Assembly (NCBI GenBank): GCA_965203325.1
Contig: OZ241875.1
Coordinates: forward strand, 320,001 to 384,000
Origin: a bacterium
GTDB lineage: Bacteria; UBA8248
Direction of reading: 5' to 3'
DNA: 64,000 nucleotides
Position numbers and translations under genes: made by a program. Shown piece by piece: positions 19,335 through 29,471 of this stretch (positions are counted from its first letter, which is position 1; the number at the start of each line of letters is the position of its first letter). The notes beneath the pieces are model-generated. The model did not search any database and had not been told where the DNA came from. It saw nothing but the letters and a program-made list of their open reading frames with translations.

Positions 19335-20426
19335 TCACACCGCCTCGGGCAACAGCGGCAGAAGATACTTCCCGAAATTGCGCGCCTCTTCATCATGCGG
19401 CCAGCCGGAGAGGATGAACGTGGTCGCGCCCACCTCGATGTATTCGCGCATGGCGTCGGCCACCAACTCGGGGCTTCCCACGAGCATGGTGCCCGCCCCC
19501 TGGCGCACGAGGTTGATCCCCGAAAACAGCGCAGGCCCGTGCCAGAGCTTTCCCTCCGCCGTCATGGCGTTCATGCGCTGCTGGGAGACGGATTCCACCT
19601 GTCCGGCCACCTCGCCGGTGACGGAGGAACTCTCCCCGTAGGACGCCGTGCCCGCAATGATGGATTCAGCCTCTTCCTTTGCCTGCGCGTCGTTCTCGCG
19701 CACCAGGATGTGGAAGCGCACACCGAGCCTCAAATCGCGGCCATGCTCCTCGCGCGCCATCCTTTTCACCTCTTCGTATTCCTCGGCAATCTGCCAGGGG
19801 GGCTCGCCCCACTTGAGGAATACGTCGGCGTGCTTGGCGATGACTTTCTTGGCGGCGGGCGAGCTTCCTCCGAAATAAAGGGGCGGCCCTCCCGGCCGCG
19901 CGGGGCCGGGGAAGACGAAGCCGTCCTCCACCTGGTAGTGCGCGCCCTGGTAGTTCACCCTCTCCTCCCCGTCCGTCCAGAACGCGCGCACGATATCCAG
20001 AAACTCATCCGCCCGCTCGTAGCGACCGTCGTGGTCCGCCCAGTCGCCGTAGCGGCGCGCATCCACGGATGATCCTCCGGGCACGACGTTGACCGTGAGA
20101 CGTCCGCCCGAGATGAAGTCGAGCGTGTTCGCCTGCTGCACGGCGAAGGTCGGCGTGGTGAGGCCGGGTCGTATGGCGACGCAGAATTTGATGCGCTCGG
20201 TCTCGCGCGCGATCGCGGAGGCCAGGAGCCAGCCGTCCGAACACGAGGTGTTGCACGGAATGAGCATGTTCGTCAGGCCGCTCGCCTCCGCCGTCTGCGC
20301 CACGTGGACGAGATAGTCGATCTCGGGCGGTATCTCCACCTCGCCCGTGCCGAGCCTGGTGGCGTCGCCGCGCTTGTTCGAGGGCAGATACCAGGCGTAT
20401 TCGATGGGTGTTGTGTCGTTTTCCAT
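19335..20426 (-). CDS. LLM-class flavin-dependent monooxygenase (SsuD/alkanesulfonate monooxygenase-like)
   Basis: 'WYLP...GD', 'AIRPG', 'SGGRLTVNVVPG', 'HDGRYERADEFL', 'LYFGGSS', 'GAGTMLVGSPE', 'FILSGWPH'. Confidence 0.88.
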   Translation of the reverse strand: MENDTTPIEYAWYLPSNKRGDATRLGTGEVEIPPEIDYLVHVAQTAEASGLTNMLIPCNTSCSDGWLLASAIARETERIKFCVAIRPGLTTPTFAVQQANTLDFISGGRLTVNVVPGGSSVDARRYGDWADHDGRYERADEFLDIVRAFWTDGEERVNYQGAHYQVEDGFVFPGPARPGGPPLYFGGSSPAAKKVIAKHADVFLKWGEPPWQIAEEYEEVKRMAREEHGRDLRLGVRFHILVRENDAQAKEEAESIIAGTASYGESSSVTGEVAGQVESVSQQRMNAMTAEGKLWHGPALFSGINLVRQGAGTMLVGSPELVADAMREYIEVGATTFILSGWPHDEEARNFGKYLLPLLPEAV

Positions 20427-20500
20427 TGCGCGCGCGTCCTTTATTTCCTGTCACATCATCTCGAAACGGAGCGGTTCCTCTTCCGGCGGATAAGTTTGCG

Positions 20501-20539
20501 AAAAAAAACGCCCCGCCCGCAAGGGGGCGAGGCATTTTT
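20501..20539 (-). terminator. probable terminator downstream of phoX
   Basis: A8 followed by GC hairpin CGCCCCGCCC-GCAA-GGGGGCGAGGC. Confidence 0.6.
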
Positions 20540-20581
20540 ATAGGGCGCTCTACGCGCCAGGCCGCAGGACAGGGTGCGGGA

Positions 20582-22507
20582 TCAGCCGATAACCCCGCCG
20601 TCGTCGCGGGTGATGGCGACCACGGCCGAGCGTGGCGTGGTGTCGCCGCCGTCCGGGAAATGGCTGTCGCCTCCCCGCTCGCCGGGGTGCTGTATGCCCA
20701 CAAACATGGTCTTCCCGTCCGCGCTCCACTCGATGCCGGTGACCTCGCACTGCCTGGGACCGACCATGAATCGGCGTATCTCGCCCGTGACCGGGTCGCC
20801 CACAAGCATCTGGTTGTTGCCCTGACCCGCGAAGCCCTTCGCGTTCTTGTAGTTGCCGTCGGTCTGAATCCACAGCATGCCATTCCTGTCGAACGCGAGG
20901 CCGTCGGGCGAATTGAACATGTTATCGGGCGTCACGTTCTTGGAGCCCGCATTCGGACCCTTGTGGACGGCGGGGTTGCCCGCGACGACGTATAAATCCC
21001 ACGAAAAGGCGTTCGAGAGGTGGTCGCCCCCATCCGGCGCCCAGCGGACGATCTGCCCGTAGCTGTTCTTCGCCCGCGGGTTCGGACCGCCGACGGGGGT
21101 GGGGTCGCCGCCCTTGTTGGGCTTCACGCCGCGATTTTTATTATTGGTGAGGCAGCAGTAGATTTCCGCCTTCTTTGGGTTCGCCGCCACCCACTCGGCG
21201 CGGTCCATCGTCGTCGCCTTGACGGCCGAGGCCGCGACGCGCGTGTGGACGCAAATCTCCGCCTGAGAGGCCAGACCCGTGGATTTCGGCGTGAGTTCCA
21301 CCCACTCGCCCCGGCCGTTTTCCGCGAATTTCGCCGCGTAGAGTTTGCCCGTCTCCAGGAGATTCGAGTTGTCGCCGCCCTCGGCGTAGCGGCCCTCGCT
21401 CACGAACTTGTAGATGAACTCGCCGCGCTCGTCGTCCCCCATGTAGACGACCACCCGGCCGTTCGCGGCGAGGACGACTTCCGCGTTCTCGTGCTTGAAG
21501 CGCCCGAGCGCGGTGCGTTTTTTGGGGGTGGATTCGGGGTCGAGCGGGTCGATCTCGACGATGTAGCCCGCGCGATGAGGCTCATTCGGGTGTTTCGAGA
21601 TATCGAAGCGCTCATCCGTCATCTCCCAGCGGTATCCCCAATTCTTGGGACCCACGCCGTAGCGCTTGAACTCGGGCGAAACCTTCACCTCGGGGTCGCT
21701 CGATGAGAAATAGCCGTGAAAATTCTCCTCGCACGTGAGATACGTGCCCCACGGCGTCGCGCCGTTTCCGCAGTTGTTCCAGGTGCCGAGACAGCGGGCG
21801 CCTTCGGGGTCGGCCGCCGTCTTCATGAGGGCGTGGCCCCGGGCGGGGCCGGTGACCTCCATCGGCGTGTCGGGCGTGATCTTGCGGTTGTAGGAGGAAT
21901 CCTTAACGATGGACCACCTGCCGCCCTTCTGCGCAATCTCCATGATCGACACCCCGTGCGCCGCCTTGCTCTTTCGCACGTCATCGGCGGACGCGGGCTT
22001 TCCGCCGCCCTTCCCGCCGTGGATGATGTCGATGTTCACGTACTCGTTGTTGACGGCGAGGACGTTCCTGCCGCCGGCGTGAAAGAGCGACATGCCGTCG
22101 TTGTTGTCACCGAAGGCGAGTTCCTGGCTCGCGCCCGTGCCGCGCGTCGCGTGGTCGAACTCGGGCCCGCGCGTCCACATGGGGTCTCCCCACCTGGCGA
22201 CGACGTGCCAGCTGTAGCCCTTGGGCACGGTGACCGTGTCGCGCGTGCCTGCGGGCACGGCCTCGAAGCCGAAGCGGTTCGCGTTCGCGAAGGCCGAGAG
22301 CAGGTCGAGCCCGCCCGCGCTCATGACGAACGCCGTCGCAGCGAAGGCGGCGCCGCGGCCCAGGAAGCCCCGCCGGGACATCATCTTCTCCACCAGCTTT
22401 TCGAAATCCGTCTCCTCGTGACGCGGATAATGGATCTCGTCGAACTCATCCGGTGAATACTCCTCGTGCGCGGCGAGCTGCGCTTCGCGCGTTACATCCT
22501 CGTGCAT
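20582..22507 (-). CDS. phoX: PhoX family alkaline phosphatase (Tat-exported)
   Basis: 'SRRGFL' Tat motif; 'GDNNDGM', 'NCGNGATPWGTYLTCEEN', 'LGRFKHE', 'MDRAE', 'SPDGL', 'CEVTG', 'IQHPGE'. Confidence 0.93.
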   Translation of the reverse strand: MHEDVTREAQLAAHEEYSPDEFDEIHYPRHEETDFEKLVEKMMSRRGFLGRGAAFAATAFVMSAGGLDLLSAFANANRFGFEAVPAGTRDTVTVPKGYSWHVVARWGDPMWTRGPEFDHATRGTGASQELAFGDNNDGMSLFHAGGRNVLAVNNEYVNIDIIHGGKGGGKPASADDVRKSKAAHGVSIMEIAQKGGRWSIVKDSSYNRKITPDTPMEVTGPARGHALMKTAADPEGARCLGTWNNCGNGATPWGTYLTCEENFHGYFSSSDPEVKVSPEFKRYGVGPKNWGYRWEMTDERFDISKHPNEPHRAGYIVEIDPLDPESTPKKRTALGRFKHENAEVVLAANGRVVVYMGDDERGEFIYKFVSEGRYAEGGDNSNLLETGKLYAAKFAENGRGEWVELTPKSTGLASQAEICVHTRVAASAVKATTMDRAEWVAANPKKAEIYCCLTNNKNRGVKPNKGGDPTPVGGPNPRAKNSYGQIVRWAPDGGDHLSNAFSWDLYVVAGNPAVHKGPNAGSKNVTPDNMFNSPDGLAFDRNGMLWIQTDGNYKNAKGFAGQGNNQMLVGDPVTGEIRRFMVGPRQCEVTGIEWSADGKTMFVGIQHPGERGGDSHFPDGGDTTPRSAVVAITRDDGGVIG

Positions 22508-22595
22508 CTCTCATCCCCCACTGTGTGAGATTCCAGAATAACGCATCGGCGCGCGAATGACGCGCCCGCATCATGCGATTTCGTCATCGGGGCGG

Positions 22596-22662
22596 ATTAT
22601 AACGGCCCGCCGTCGCGCGTACGTTACAAAATCGTGGAAAATTCATGAAAAACGGAAGACGG
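22596..22662 (-). promoter_or_regulatory. phoX promoter with Pho-box-like 11-bp-phased repeats
   Basis: Minus strand CCGTCTT/TTTTCAT/TTTCCAC/TTGTAAC at plus-strand 22656, 22645, 22634, 22623; TATAAT at 22596-22601. Confidence 0.6.
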
Positions 22663-22760
22663 CAAGAAGAACCTAAGCGAGACTCACTATCCCCATGAGG
22701 GCCAATCGCAACCGATGAAGGAGCGATGGCGGAATGCCGATTGAAGAATAGTGGGTTGAA

Positions 22761-22815
22761 GGGACAACCCCCCGTGGTTGTCCTCTCACGGACAGGCACA
22801 GGGGCCTGTCCCTAC
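22761..22815. repeat. REP pair
   Basis: GGGACAACCCCCCGTGGTTGTCC...GGACAGGCACAGGGGCCTGTCCCTAC. Confidence 0.75.
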
Positions 22816-22857
22816 GGGTTCCCTGCAGCCCCGGGGCGCCAGCCGCGCCAGAATTGC

Positions 22858-23895
22858 TCAAGTCGATTCGAGCGCCGCCTCGACTTTTTTCGCCACCTCG
22901 GCCGGAACCCAGCTCTTCCAGACCCTGTTGGTCTTCAGGAAATGGATCGCGGTGACCTTCGCGTCGCCGCCGGCTTCTTTTTCGAGATAGGAGAGTACCC
23001 CCGAGACGACTTTCGAGGGGAGCGAGTATTTTTCGAGGAAGGCGACGATCTCCGGATGCCTGGCCGCGAACTTCGTCGTGACCGTTTTGGGCAACTCCAT
23101 CGTCCGGTAGGCGACGGCTTTCTCGGGATTCCCCATGGCCTCCACCCCGCCCTTCTTGAGCGCGTTCACATGCTTCATCATCGCGTCCCAGTCGGCCTCG
23201 TTCCACCTGGGCTCTTCGAGCTGGACGAGGTCGAGCTGGCCGAGCAGCGGCGTCGGCGCCCAGTAATAGGCGAGCACCGGTTTTTTCTTGAGATACGCGC
23301 CCTTGATGGCCGCCGCGAGCGCGCCGCCCGAGCCGGGCCGGAAATTCGTAAAATGTTTTTCCAGCCCGTAGGCGCGCAGCTTCACCGTGTTGATGACCTC
23401 GCACGCCCAGCCGGGGATGCAGTTCACGAACCGGCCCCTGGAGGGTTCTTCGGGGTCCTTGAAGAGGTGCTTGTACTTCGCCAGGTCGTAGACCGTCTTC
23501 AAGCCCGGGTTCGCCTTCTGGACGAAGCGCGGGATGAACCAGCCCTGTATGCTGTCGGGCGTGTTCACGCTCAGCTTCTTGACCTTGCCCTCCTTCTCGG
23601 CGAGGTCGTACTGATCCTTCGTGCTGTCGTACCAGAGTTCCATGATCAGGTCGTTCTTGCCCTCGTAGTGGGCCGCCATGGTCGGCAGCGTGCCGCCGTA
23701 GATGAGCCGCACCCGGCAGCCGTAGCCGTGTTTCAGGATGAAGGCGGCCACCTGCCCGTGAAAGTTGGCGCTGTCCCAGTTCAAGTCGCCGATGCGGACC
23801 CTGCAGGCGGCCTCGGCTCTGTTGGGCTGCGAGACGAGGGCGCTCAGCCCGAGGATGAGAACGAAAGCGAGCATAATCAAAGGCTTGTGCTTCAT
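22858..23895 (-). CDS. glycine betaine/proline-type ABC substrate-binding protein (ProX/OpuAC family)
   Basis: 'LNWDSA', 'ILKHGYGC', 'LFKDPEEPSRGRFVNCIPGWAC', 'FRPGSGGAL', 'YYWAPTPL'. Confidence 0.88.
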   Translation of the reverse strand: MKHKPLIMLAFVLILGLSALVSQPNRAEAACRVRIGDLNWDSANFHGQVAAFILKHGYGCRVRLIYGGTLPTMAAHYEGKNDLIMELWYDSTKDQYDLAEKEGKVKKLSVNTPDSIQGWFIPRFVQKANPGLKTVYDLAKYKHLFKDPEEPSRGRFVNCIPGWACEVINTVKLRAYGLEKHFTNFRPGSGGALAAAIKGAYLKKKPVLAYYWAPTPLLGQLDLVQLEEPRWNEADWDAMMKHVNALKKGGVEAMGNPEKAVAYRTMELPKTVTTKFAARHPEIVAFLEKYSLPSKVVSGVLSYLEKEAGGDAKVTAIHFLKTNRVWKSWVPAEVAKKVEAALEST

Positions 23896-24179
23896 GACTT
23901 GCCTCCAAGATTTAGGTATTCAGGACGGGACGAAACGTGGGTTTCATGATGAAAATATAGAAAGTCGGCCCCTTCAGTCAAACCAGCGTGAGAAACGAGG
24001 GGTTGACTCTTTCGCATGTGTCGGGGTCGTCCACACCGCCAAAATGTCGAACAAGGCCATGCCGGCCCGTCATCAATCCCGCCCCGCCCTTCCCATGCGG
24101 GCGCGCAGGCTGTAGATTGGGTCTCGCCGAAAATTGTCGCGCACAACGCCACGAGAACGCCTCAAACCCCGGGAACCGG

Positions 24180-25064
24180 ATGAACCCCCAGCTCATCGCC
24201 GCATCCTACGCCATGTCCACCGCCGTGGTGTTCGCTATCTTCAGCGTGTGCATCAGGAAGGGAGGCGAGCACGCCAACGCGCTCACGGGCGTCTTCATCG
24301 GCCTGTTCACCTCACTGCCCGTCATGCTCGCCGTCACCTGGTACTACTGGGAGCCCGAGTGGTGGAACCTCCCGGCGTTTTTCTTCTTCTCGCTGGCGGG
24401 CCTCACGGGACCGGCGATGTCGCGCGTGTTTCTCTACTTGAGCATCTCCTATCTGGGCGTCGCGCGGGCCATGCCGTTCGTATCGCTGACGCCCCTGTTC
24501 TCCACCTCGCTCGCCATCGCCTTCCTGGGCGAGCGGCCGGGCGCGCTCATCCTGGCGGGCACGCTCTTCATCGTGCTGGGAAGCGCCGCGCTCAGCTACA
24601 AGAAGACAGACGACACCTCCTGGCAGCGAAAACACCTCTGGCTGGCGTTTTTCAGCGCCGTCGCCGCCGCGTTCTCGTTCCTTTTCCGAAAACTCGCCTT
24701 CGCCCACGTCGAGGCCCCCGTCATGGGCGCGACACTCACCACACTGGCGGGGTTTCTCTTCCTCATCACCTTCATCCCCCTGTTCCCCAAGGACCAGAAG
24801 CCGAACCAGTTCGACCGCCCCAAGGCCTGGTACATCTTCGGGCTGTGCGGACTGCTGAACGCTTTGGGATTTTTCCTGCACTTCACGGCACTCAACATCG
24901 GCGACCTCTCGGTCGTCTCCCCGCTCACCTCGACGGCGCCCGTCTTCAGCCTCATCATGAGCTACTTCCTGCTCAGAAGCGTGGAGCGCATCACGCCCGC
25001 CATCCTCGTCGGCACGGCCTGCATGGTGATAGGCGCCGCCCTCATCGGCTGGCGCATACGTTAG
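24180..25064 (+). CDS. DMT/EamA family transporter
   Basis: 10 TM in two repeats; 'LGVARAMP', 'FLGER', 'VVSPLTSTAPVF'. Confidence 0.85.
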   Translation: MNPQLIAASYAMSTAVVFAIFSVCIRKGGEHANALTGVFIGLFTSLPVMLAVTWYYWEPEWWNLPAFFFFSLAGLTGPAMSRVFLYLSISYLGVARAMPFVSLTPLFSTSLAIAFLGERPGALILAGTLFIVLGSAALSYKKTDDTSWQRKHLWLAFFSAVAAAFSFLFRKLAFAHVEAPVMGATLTTLAGFLFLITFIPLFPKDQKPNQFDRPKAWYIFGLCGLLNALGFFLHFTALNIGDLSVVSPLTSTAPVFSLIMSYFLLRSVERITPAILVGTACMVIGAALIGWRIR

Positions 25065-25100
25065 GAAAACACGACGTCGGTGAAGTAATGGAATTCATAA

Positions 25101-25124
25101 GGACAGGTCGCGACCTGTCCCTGC
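25101..25124. repeat. REP (GGACAGGTCGCGACCTGTCC type)
   Basis: Core identical to the 17642 palindrome. Confidence 0.8.
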
Positions 25125-25340
25125 GGAAAGCGGATGGGTTTGCGGGGGAGAACCCGCGTATCGGCCTTTATTTCTCCCCGCGTCAGGCGCGAAAAAACAT
25201 CCCGCAACGATAAAATTTCCGCTAGAATGGTTCATGCGCGCCGTGGGGGAGAGAGTGCGCGCACACAGGCCGCCTCTTGTCCCCCCTGTCTTGCGCGAAA
25301 AACCGGCGGGGCCGAAATTGAAGGGAAGGAGGGTCGGCCG

Positions 25341-26573
25341 ATGATGATGTTTCGATTCTCGCTATACGGCTTCCTCAAGAACCAGACCTATTTCGAGCCC
25401 TTCCTCATCCTCGCCTTCCTGGAAAAAGACCTCTCCTTCTTCCAGATCGGGATTCTCATCGGCTTCCGCGAGGTGTGCATCAACATCTTCGAGATCCCCA
25501 GCGGCGCGGTGGCCGACATTTACGGCAGAAGGCGCTCGATGATCTTCTCGTTCCTGGCCTACATCGCCTCGTTCCTCGTCTTCGGTCTTTCGGCGTCCTT
25601 CGCCGCCCTGTTCCTCGCCATGTTCGCCTTCGCCCTGGGCGATTCGTTCCGCACGGGCACGCACAAGGCGATGATATTCGAGTGGCTGAGAATCCAGGGC
25701 CGCGAGAAAGAACGCACCCGCGTCTACGGGTTCACGCGCTCGTGGTCGAAGATAGGCTCGGCCGTCTCGGTCGTGGTCGCGAGCGCGTTCATCTTCACAG
25801 GGGCGCGCTACAGCGACATCTTCCTGCTCGCCGTCATCCCCTACGCAATGAACGTCGTGAACTTCATGGGATACCCCACCGAACTCGAAGGCGCTCGCTC
25901 CCCGGACGCGAAAATCCCGGGCGTCTGGGAACACCTCAAGAACTCCATGCGCACGGCGTTCAGCGACAAGCCGCTGCGCGGCATCCTGGTGGAAGCGATG
26001 AGCTACGAGGGCACCTACAAGGTCGCCAAGGACTACATCCAGCCCGTCATCAAGCAGGCCGCCTTAGGGCTGGCCCTCCTCGCCGCCTGGCAGCAGCACC
26101 AGCGCGTGGCGGTTCTGGTGGGGGCGGCCTACTTCGTCCTGCACCTTCTCTCGAGCTTCGCCTCACGCGGGGGACACCGCCTCGTCGCCTCGGCGGGGTC
26201 CGAGGAAGCCGCCGCGAAATCGCTCTGGGGCGCCACCGCCCTCGTCTACGCCACGCTCGCCTGGGGGCTCTGGACGGGCTGGGAGTTCATCGTCATCGCG
26301 GGCTTCGTCGTTCTGGCCGTACTGCAGAACTTCTGGCGGCCCGTGCTCATCAGCCGCATCGACGCCCACAGCACGCCCGAGGCGGGCGCGACGATACTCT
26401 CGGTGGAATCGCAGGGCAAATCCGTCCTCGCGATGGGCCTCGCCCCCCTCATCGGCCTCTGCGTGGACGCCTTCGGCCTCGTGGGGATGAGCGTCGTCGC
26501 GCTGCTGATCACCGCGCCCTTCGCCCTCACGAGCCTCGGCGGCACGCGAGAACGGGCGGTTCACCAGCCCTAG
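25341..26573 (+). CDS. MFS transporter
   Basis: 'FEIPSGAVADIYGRRRS', 'FRTGTHKAMI'; AAGGAGG RBS. Confidence 0.85.
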   Translation: MMMFRFSLYGFLKNQTYFEPFLILAFLEKDLSFFQIGILIGFREVCINIFEIPSGAVADIYGRRRSMIFSFLAYIASFLVFGLSASFAALFLAMFAFALGDSFRTGTHKAMIFEWLRIQGREKERTRVYGFTRSWSKIGSAVSVVVASAFIFTGARYSDIFLLAVIPYAMNVVNFMGYPTELEGARSPDAKIPGVWEHLKNSMRTAFSDKPLRGILVEAMSYEGTYKVAKDYIQPVIKQAALGLALLAAWQQHQRVAVLVGAAYFVLHLLSSFASRGGHRLVASAGSEEAAAKSLWGATALVYATLAWGLWTGWEFIVIAGFVVLAVLQNFWRPVLISRIDAHSTPEAGATILSVESQGKSVLAMGLAPLIGLCVDAFGLVGMSVVALLITAPFALTSLGGTRERAVHQP

Positions 26574-26742
26574 GCTCCATCTTCCCCGGACGAACCGAAC
26601 CGCTCGAATGCTTGGAACCACCCGGAATGAAATGATAGAGTCGACACACCCGGCTTTCGAAGTGTTCGACTCAAAGCCACTGTTCGCGGACGGAAGCACA
26701 CCGAAAAAAGGACGGCCTCCCGCCGCCCGTCAGGAGCGCGAC

Positions 26743-27924
26743 GTGAGCGACGCCGACAATCGAGACGATTTGGGCATCACCCTCGGGGTCGAGGAGGAAT
26801 TCTTTCTCGTCGACCCCGAATCGCGCGATCTCATCGCCGACCCCGACCCGGAGATATTCGAAGCCTGCGAAGCCCGGATCGGCCCCCACAAGGTCACGCG
26901 GGAGGCGCTACGCCCCCAGCTCGAGACGAACACGCGGGTGTGCGCGTCGGTGGCCGAGGCGCGCGAGGCGCTCCGCGAGACCCGGCGGGTCGTCATCGAG
27001 GCGGCGGAGGCGCACGGGGCGGCGGTGCTGGCCGCCTCCACACATCCCTTCGCGCAGTGGCGGGAGTTGGCGATCACGCCCAAGGAGCGATATAGGCGCT
27101 TCGAGGTGACTTTTCAGGAGACCCTGCGCCGCCTGGTCATCGGCGGAATGCACGTCCACGCGGGCTTCGGCGACCCCGAATCACGCATCCGGGTCATGAC
27201 GGCCATGCGCCGCTATCTGCCCGCGCTCCACGCGCTCTCCACCTCCTCGCCCTTCAACAGCGGGCACGACACGGGCTACAAGTCCTACCGTCTGAACCTC
27301 ATCGGCGGACTCCCGCGCACCAGCCTGCCCGGCCCGCTGCGCTCCCGGGTGGAGTATGAGGAGATCATCGCGGAGTACCGGCGAATGAACTTCATCGAGA
27401 ACGGCAGCGAACTCTGGTGGGACATCCGCCCCGCCCACGCCTTCCCGACGGTGGAGCTTCGCATCTGCGACATCTGCCCCAGGGTCGAGGACGCCGTCTG
27501 CATCGCGGCGCTCTACGCCTCTCTCCTCAGGCGGCTCATGCGCCTGGACGAAGAGAGCGCGCTGCCGCCCGAGCCGCTCACCGAGATCATCGCGGAGAAC
27601 CGCTGGGTCGCCCAACGATACGGAACGCTCGCCTTCTTCGGCGATACGACGCGTGAGAACGCGCGGGTGGACATCGACGACTTCATGCACGAACTCGTCG
27701 AGACGCTCGCGCCCGACGCCCGCGCGTTGGGCTGCGAGGCCGAAACCCGCCATGCGCTCGCCATCATCCGCGAGGGCAGCGGCGCGGACCGCCAGGTCGA
27801 CCTCTACCGCCTGCGCCGCCTGGAAGGCGACACGGACGAGGAAGCACTCCGCCGCGTGGTGGACCTGGTGCTCGCCGAAACCAAGGAAGGGCTGTGGGAA
27901 TCCTTCGGTGAAACCTTCGGTTGA
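26743..27924 (+). CDS. carboxylate-amine ligase (YbdK/GCS2 family)
   Basis: 'TLGVEEEFFLVD', 'GMHVHAG', 'ALSTSSPF', 'WWDIRP', 'TVELRICD'. Confidence 0.9.
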   Translation: MSDADNRDDLGITLGVEEEFFLVDPESRDLIADPDPEIFEACEARIGPHKVTREALRPQLETNTRVCASVAEAREALRETRRVVIEAAEAHGAAVLAASTHPFAQWRELAITPKERYRRFEVTFQETLRRLVIGGMHVHAGFGDPESRIRVMTAMRRYLPALHALSTSSPFNSGHDTGYKSYRLNLIGGLPRTSLPGPLRSRVEYEEIIAEYRRMNFIENGSELWWDIRPAHAFPTVELRICDICPRVEDAVCIAALYASLLRRLMRLDEESALPPEPLTEIIAENRWVAQRYGTLAFFGDTTRENARVDIDDFMHELVETLAPDARALGCEAETRHALAIIREGSGADRQVDLYRLRRLEGDTDEEALRRVVDLVLAETKEGLWESFGETFG

Positions 27925-28018
27925 GAAGCGCGCGCCTAGCGCGGCGCAAGTCCGTCATGTATTCCGTCCCACAAAAGTGCATTTATTGACACGAATGACT
28001 TGACGCACGACCGAATTC

Positions 28019-28034
28019 GTGCAAATATATGCAC
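28019..28034. promoter_or_regulatory. probable HicB operator palindrome
   Basis: GTGCA-AATATA-TGCAC just downstream of TTGACA (27986) and TTGACG (28000). Confidence 0.55.
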
Positions 28035-28261
28035 GCGAAAAGGGTAATGCAATACCAATAGAAACCAAAAGAAACAAAATCAAGCGCAGGTTGGAAAGGG
28101 ACGGCTGGTATCTCTCACGCCACGGTTCCAACCACGACATCTATCGTCACCCGCGTAAAAGCGGCACAATTACGCTGCCGCGACACCGGACGCTCTCGCC
28201 AGGAGTCGTCCGTACGATTGCCGCACGAGCCGGATGGACGGACCAGGAGGGAACGACATGA
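28019..28261 (+). CDS. hicA: HicA family toxin (start uncertain)
   Basis: 'RLERDGWYLSRHGSNHDIYRHP...ITLPRHRTLSPGVVRTIAARAGW'. Confidence 0.85.
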   Translation: MQIYAREKGNAIPIETKRNKIKRRLERDGWYLSRHGSNHDIYRHPRKSGTITLPRHRTLSPGVVRTIAARAGWTDQEGTT

Positions 28262-28644
28262 CCCGATACCCCGCATTGATCGATGGCGAGGAGGGCGCAT
28301 ACGGCGTCATCTTCCCTGATCTTCCCGGTATTGCCGCGATGGGCGAAACCCTGGATGAGGCGCTCGTCAACGCCGAGGAAGCGTTGCGCGACTACGTGAT
28401 TGAGGCGGAAAAGCACGACGAGGAGGTTGTCGCTCCAACCGCCATCGAGAACGTAGACACCCCGCCCGGGTGCGCGCTCGTCTCCATTCCGATGATTCGC
28501 CTCTCGGGACGCAGCGTCCGCGCCAACCTGTCGCTTGACGAAGGCGTCGCCGCCTTTATCGACGGTGAAGCCGCCAGGCGCGGGATGACGCGCACGGCCT
28601 ACGTCGAATGGATGGCGCGTCGCGTCGCGCAGATGGGGGGGTAG
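28258..28644 (+). CDS. hicB: HicB family antitoxin with C-terminal RHH-like domain
   Basis: 'YGVIFPDLPGIAAMGETLDEALVNAEEAL', 'VRANLSLDEG...IDGEAARRGMTR'; ATGA overlap with hicA. Confidence 0.92.
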   Translation: MTRYPALIDGEEGAYGVIFPDLPGIAAMGETLDEALVNAEEALRDYVIEAEKHDEEVVAPTAIENVDTPPGCALVSIPMIRLSGRSVRANLSLDEGVAAFIDGEAARRGMTRTAYVEWMARRVAQMGG

Positions 28645-28688
28645 CGTCGCGCTCGCAAGCAACAGCCCGCATGGGGGATTCCCCACCC

Positions 28689-28835
28689 GTCATTCCAGCG
28701 CATGCCGGAATGACGAACCCAGGCAAAAGTTTTGTGATTCGGCGTAGGGGTCAGACATATATGTCTGACTATGTGTTCTCCCGTTTTCCGAGTTTTCGCC
28801 CGAGCGATTGGGCGGGCACTTAGGTCTGCCCCTAC
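28689..28835. repeat. CGTC REP + GTAG REP pair
   Basis: CGTCATTCCAGCGCATGCCGGAATGACG; GTAGGGGTCAGACATATATGTCTGAC...GGGCGGGCACTTAGGTCTGCCCCTAC. Confidence 0.75.
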
Positions 28836-28976
28836 GTGTCGCTCCCGATTGATGACGGTTATGCAACAGACCCCCGATCGCATTGACCGCTCAAGTCAAA
28901 ACAAACTAGACTGCCCCCATCCACCAGACATGGCGGGCCTGTGGCCCGGTTCTCCGCGCAAGACGGGAAGTCAATC

Positions 28977-29471
28977 GTGCGAAATATCGAACGAAACCTC
29001 TCCTGGATTCTTCTCCTCTCGCTCACCCTCATGCTCACCGCGCAGGTCATCGCGCGCTACATCTTCTTCACCTCGATCAGCTGGATCGAGGAGTTCTCGC
29101 GCATCGTCTTCATCTGGTTCATCTACCTGACGATCAGCTGGATCATCCTGCAGGGACGACACATCCGCGTGAACGCCATTGCGATGATAACGCCCGCCTC
29201 CTGGGCGCGTCCGATAGTCTTTTTCTCCGACTGCCTGTGGATGCTTTTCAACGTCCTGATGACGTATTACGGCTATCTTTTCGTGAAAAGCGAAATTGAC
29301 GTCTGGTCGGAGACTGACATCCTGCAGATCCCCGAAGCCGCCGTTCACGCGATCATCCCCATCGGGTTCGGGCTGATGACCATACGGCTCGCCCAGTATA
29401 TGTACCGCGTCTACGTGATAGGCGGACCCGAAGTGGTCTATGAGGTCGAAAAGCAGGAGGAGGAACGATGA
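28977..29471 (+). CDS. dctQ: TRAP transporter small permease
   Basis: 'QVIARYIF..SISWIEEFSRIVFIW', 'HIRVN'; 4 TM. Confidence 0.9.
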   Translation: MRNIERNLSWILLLSLTLMLTAQVIARYIFFTSISWIEEFSRIVFIWFIYLTISWIILQGRHIRVNAIAMITPASWARPIVFFSDCLWMLFNVLMTYYGYLFVKSEIDVWSETDILQIPEAAVHAIIPIGFGLMTIRLAQYMYRVYVIGGPEVVYEVEKQEEER

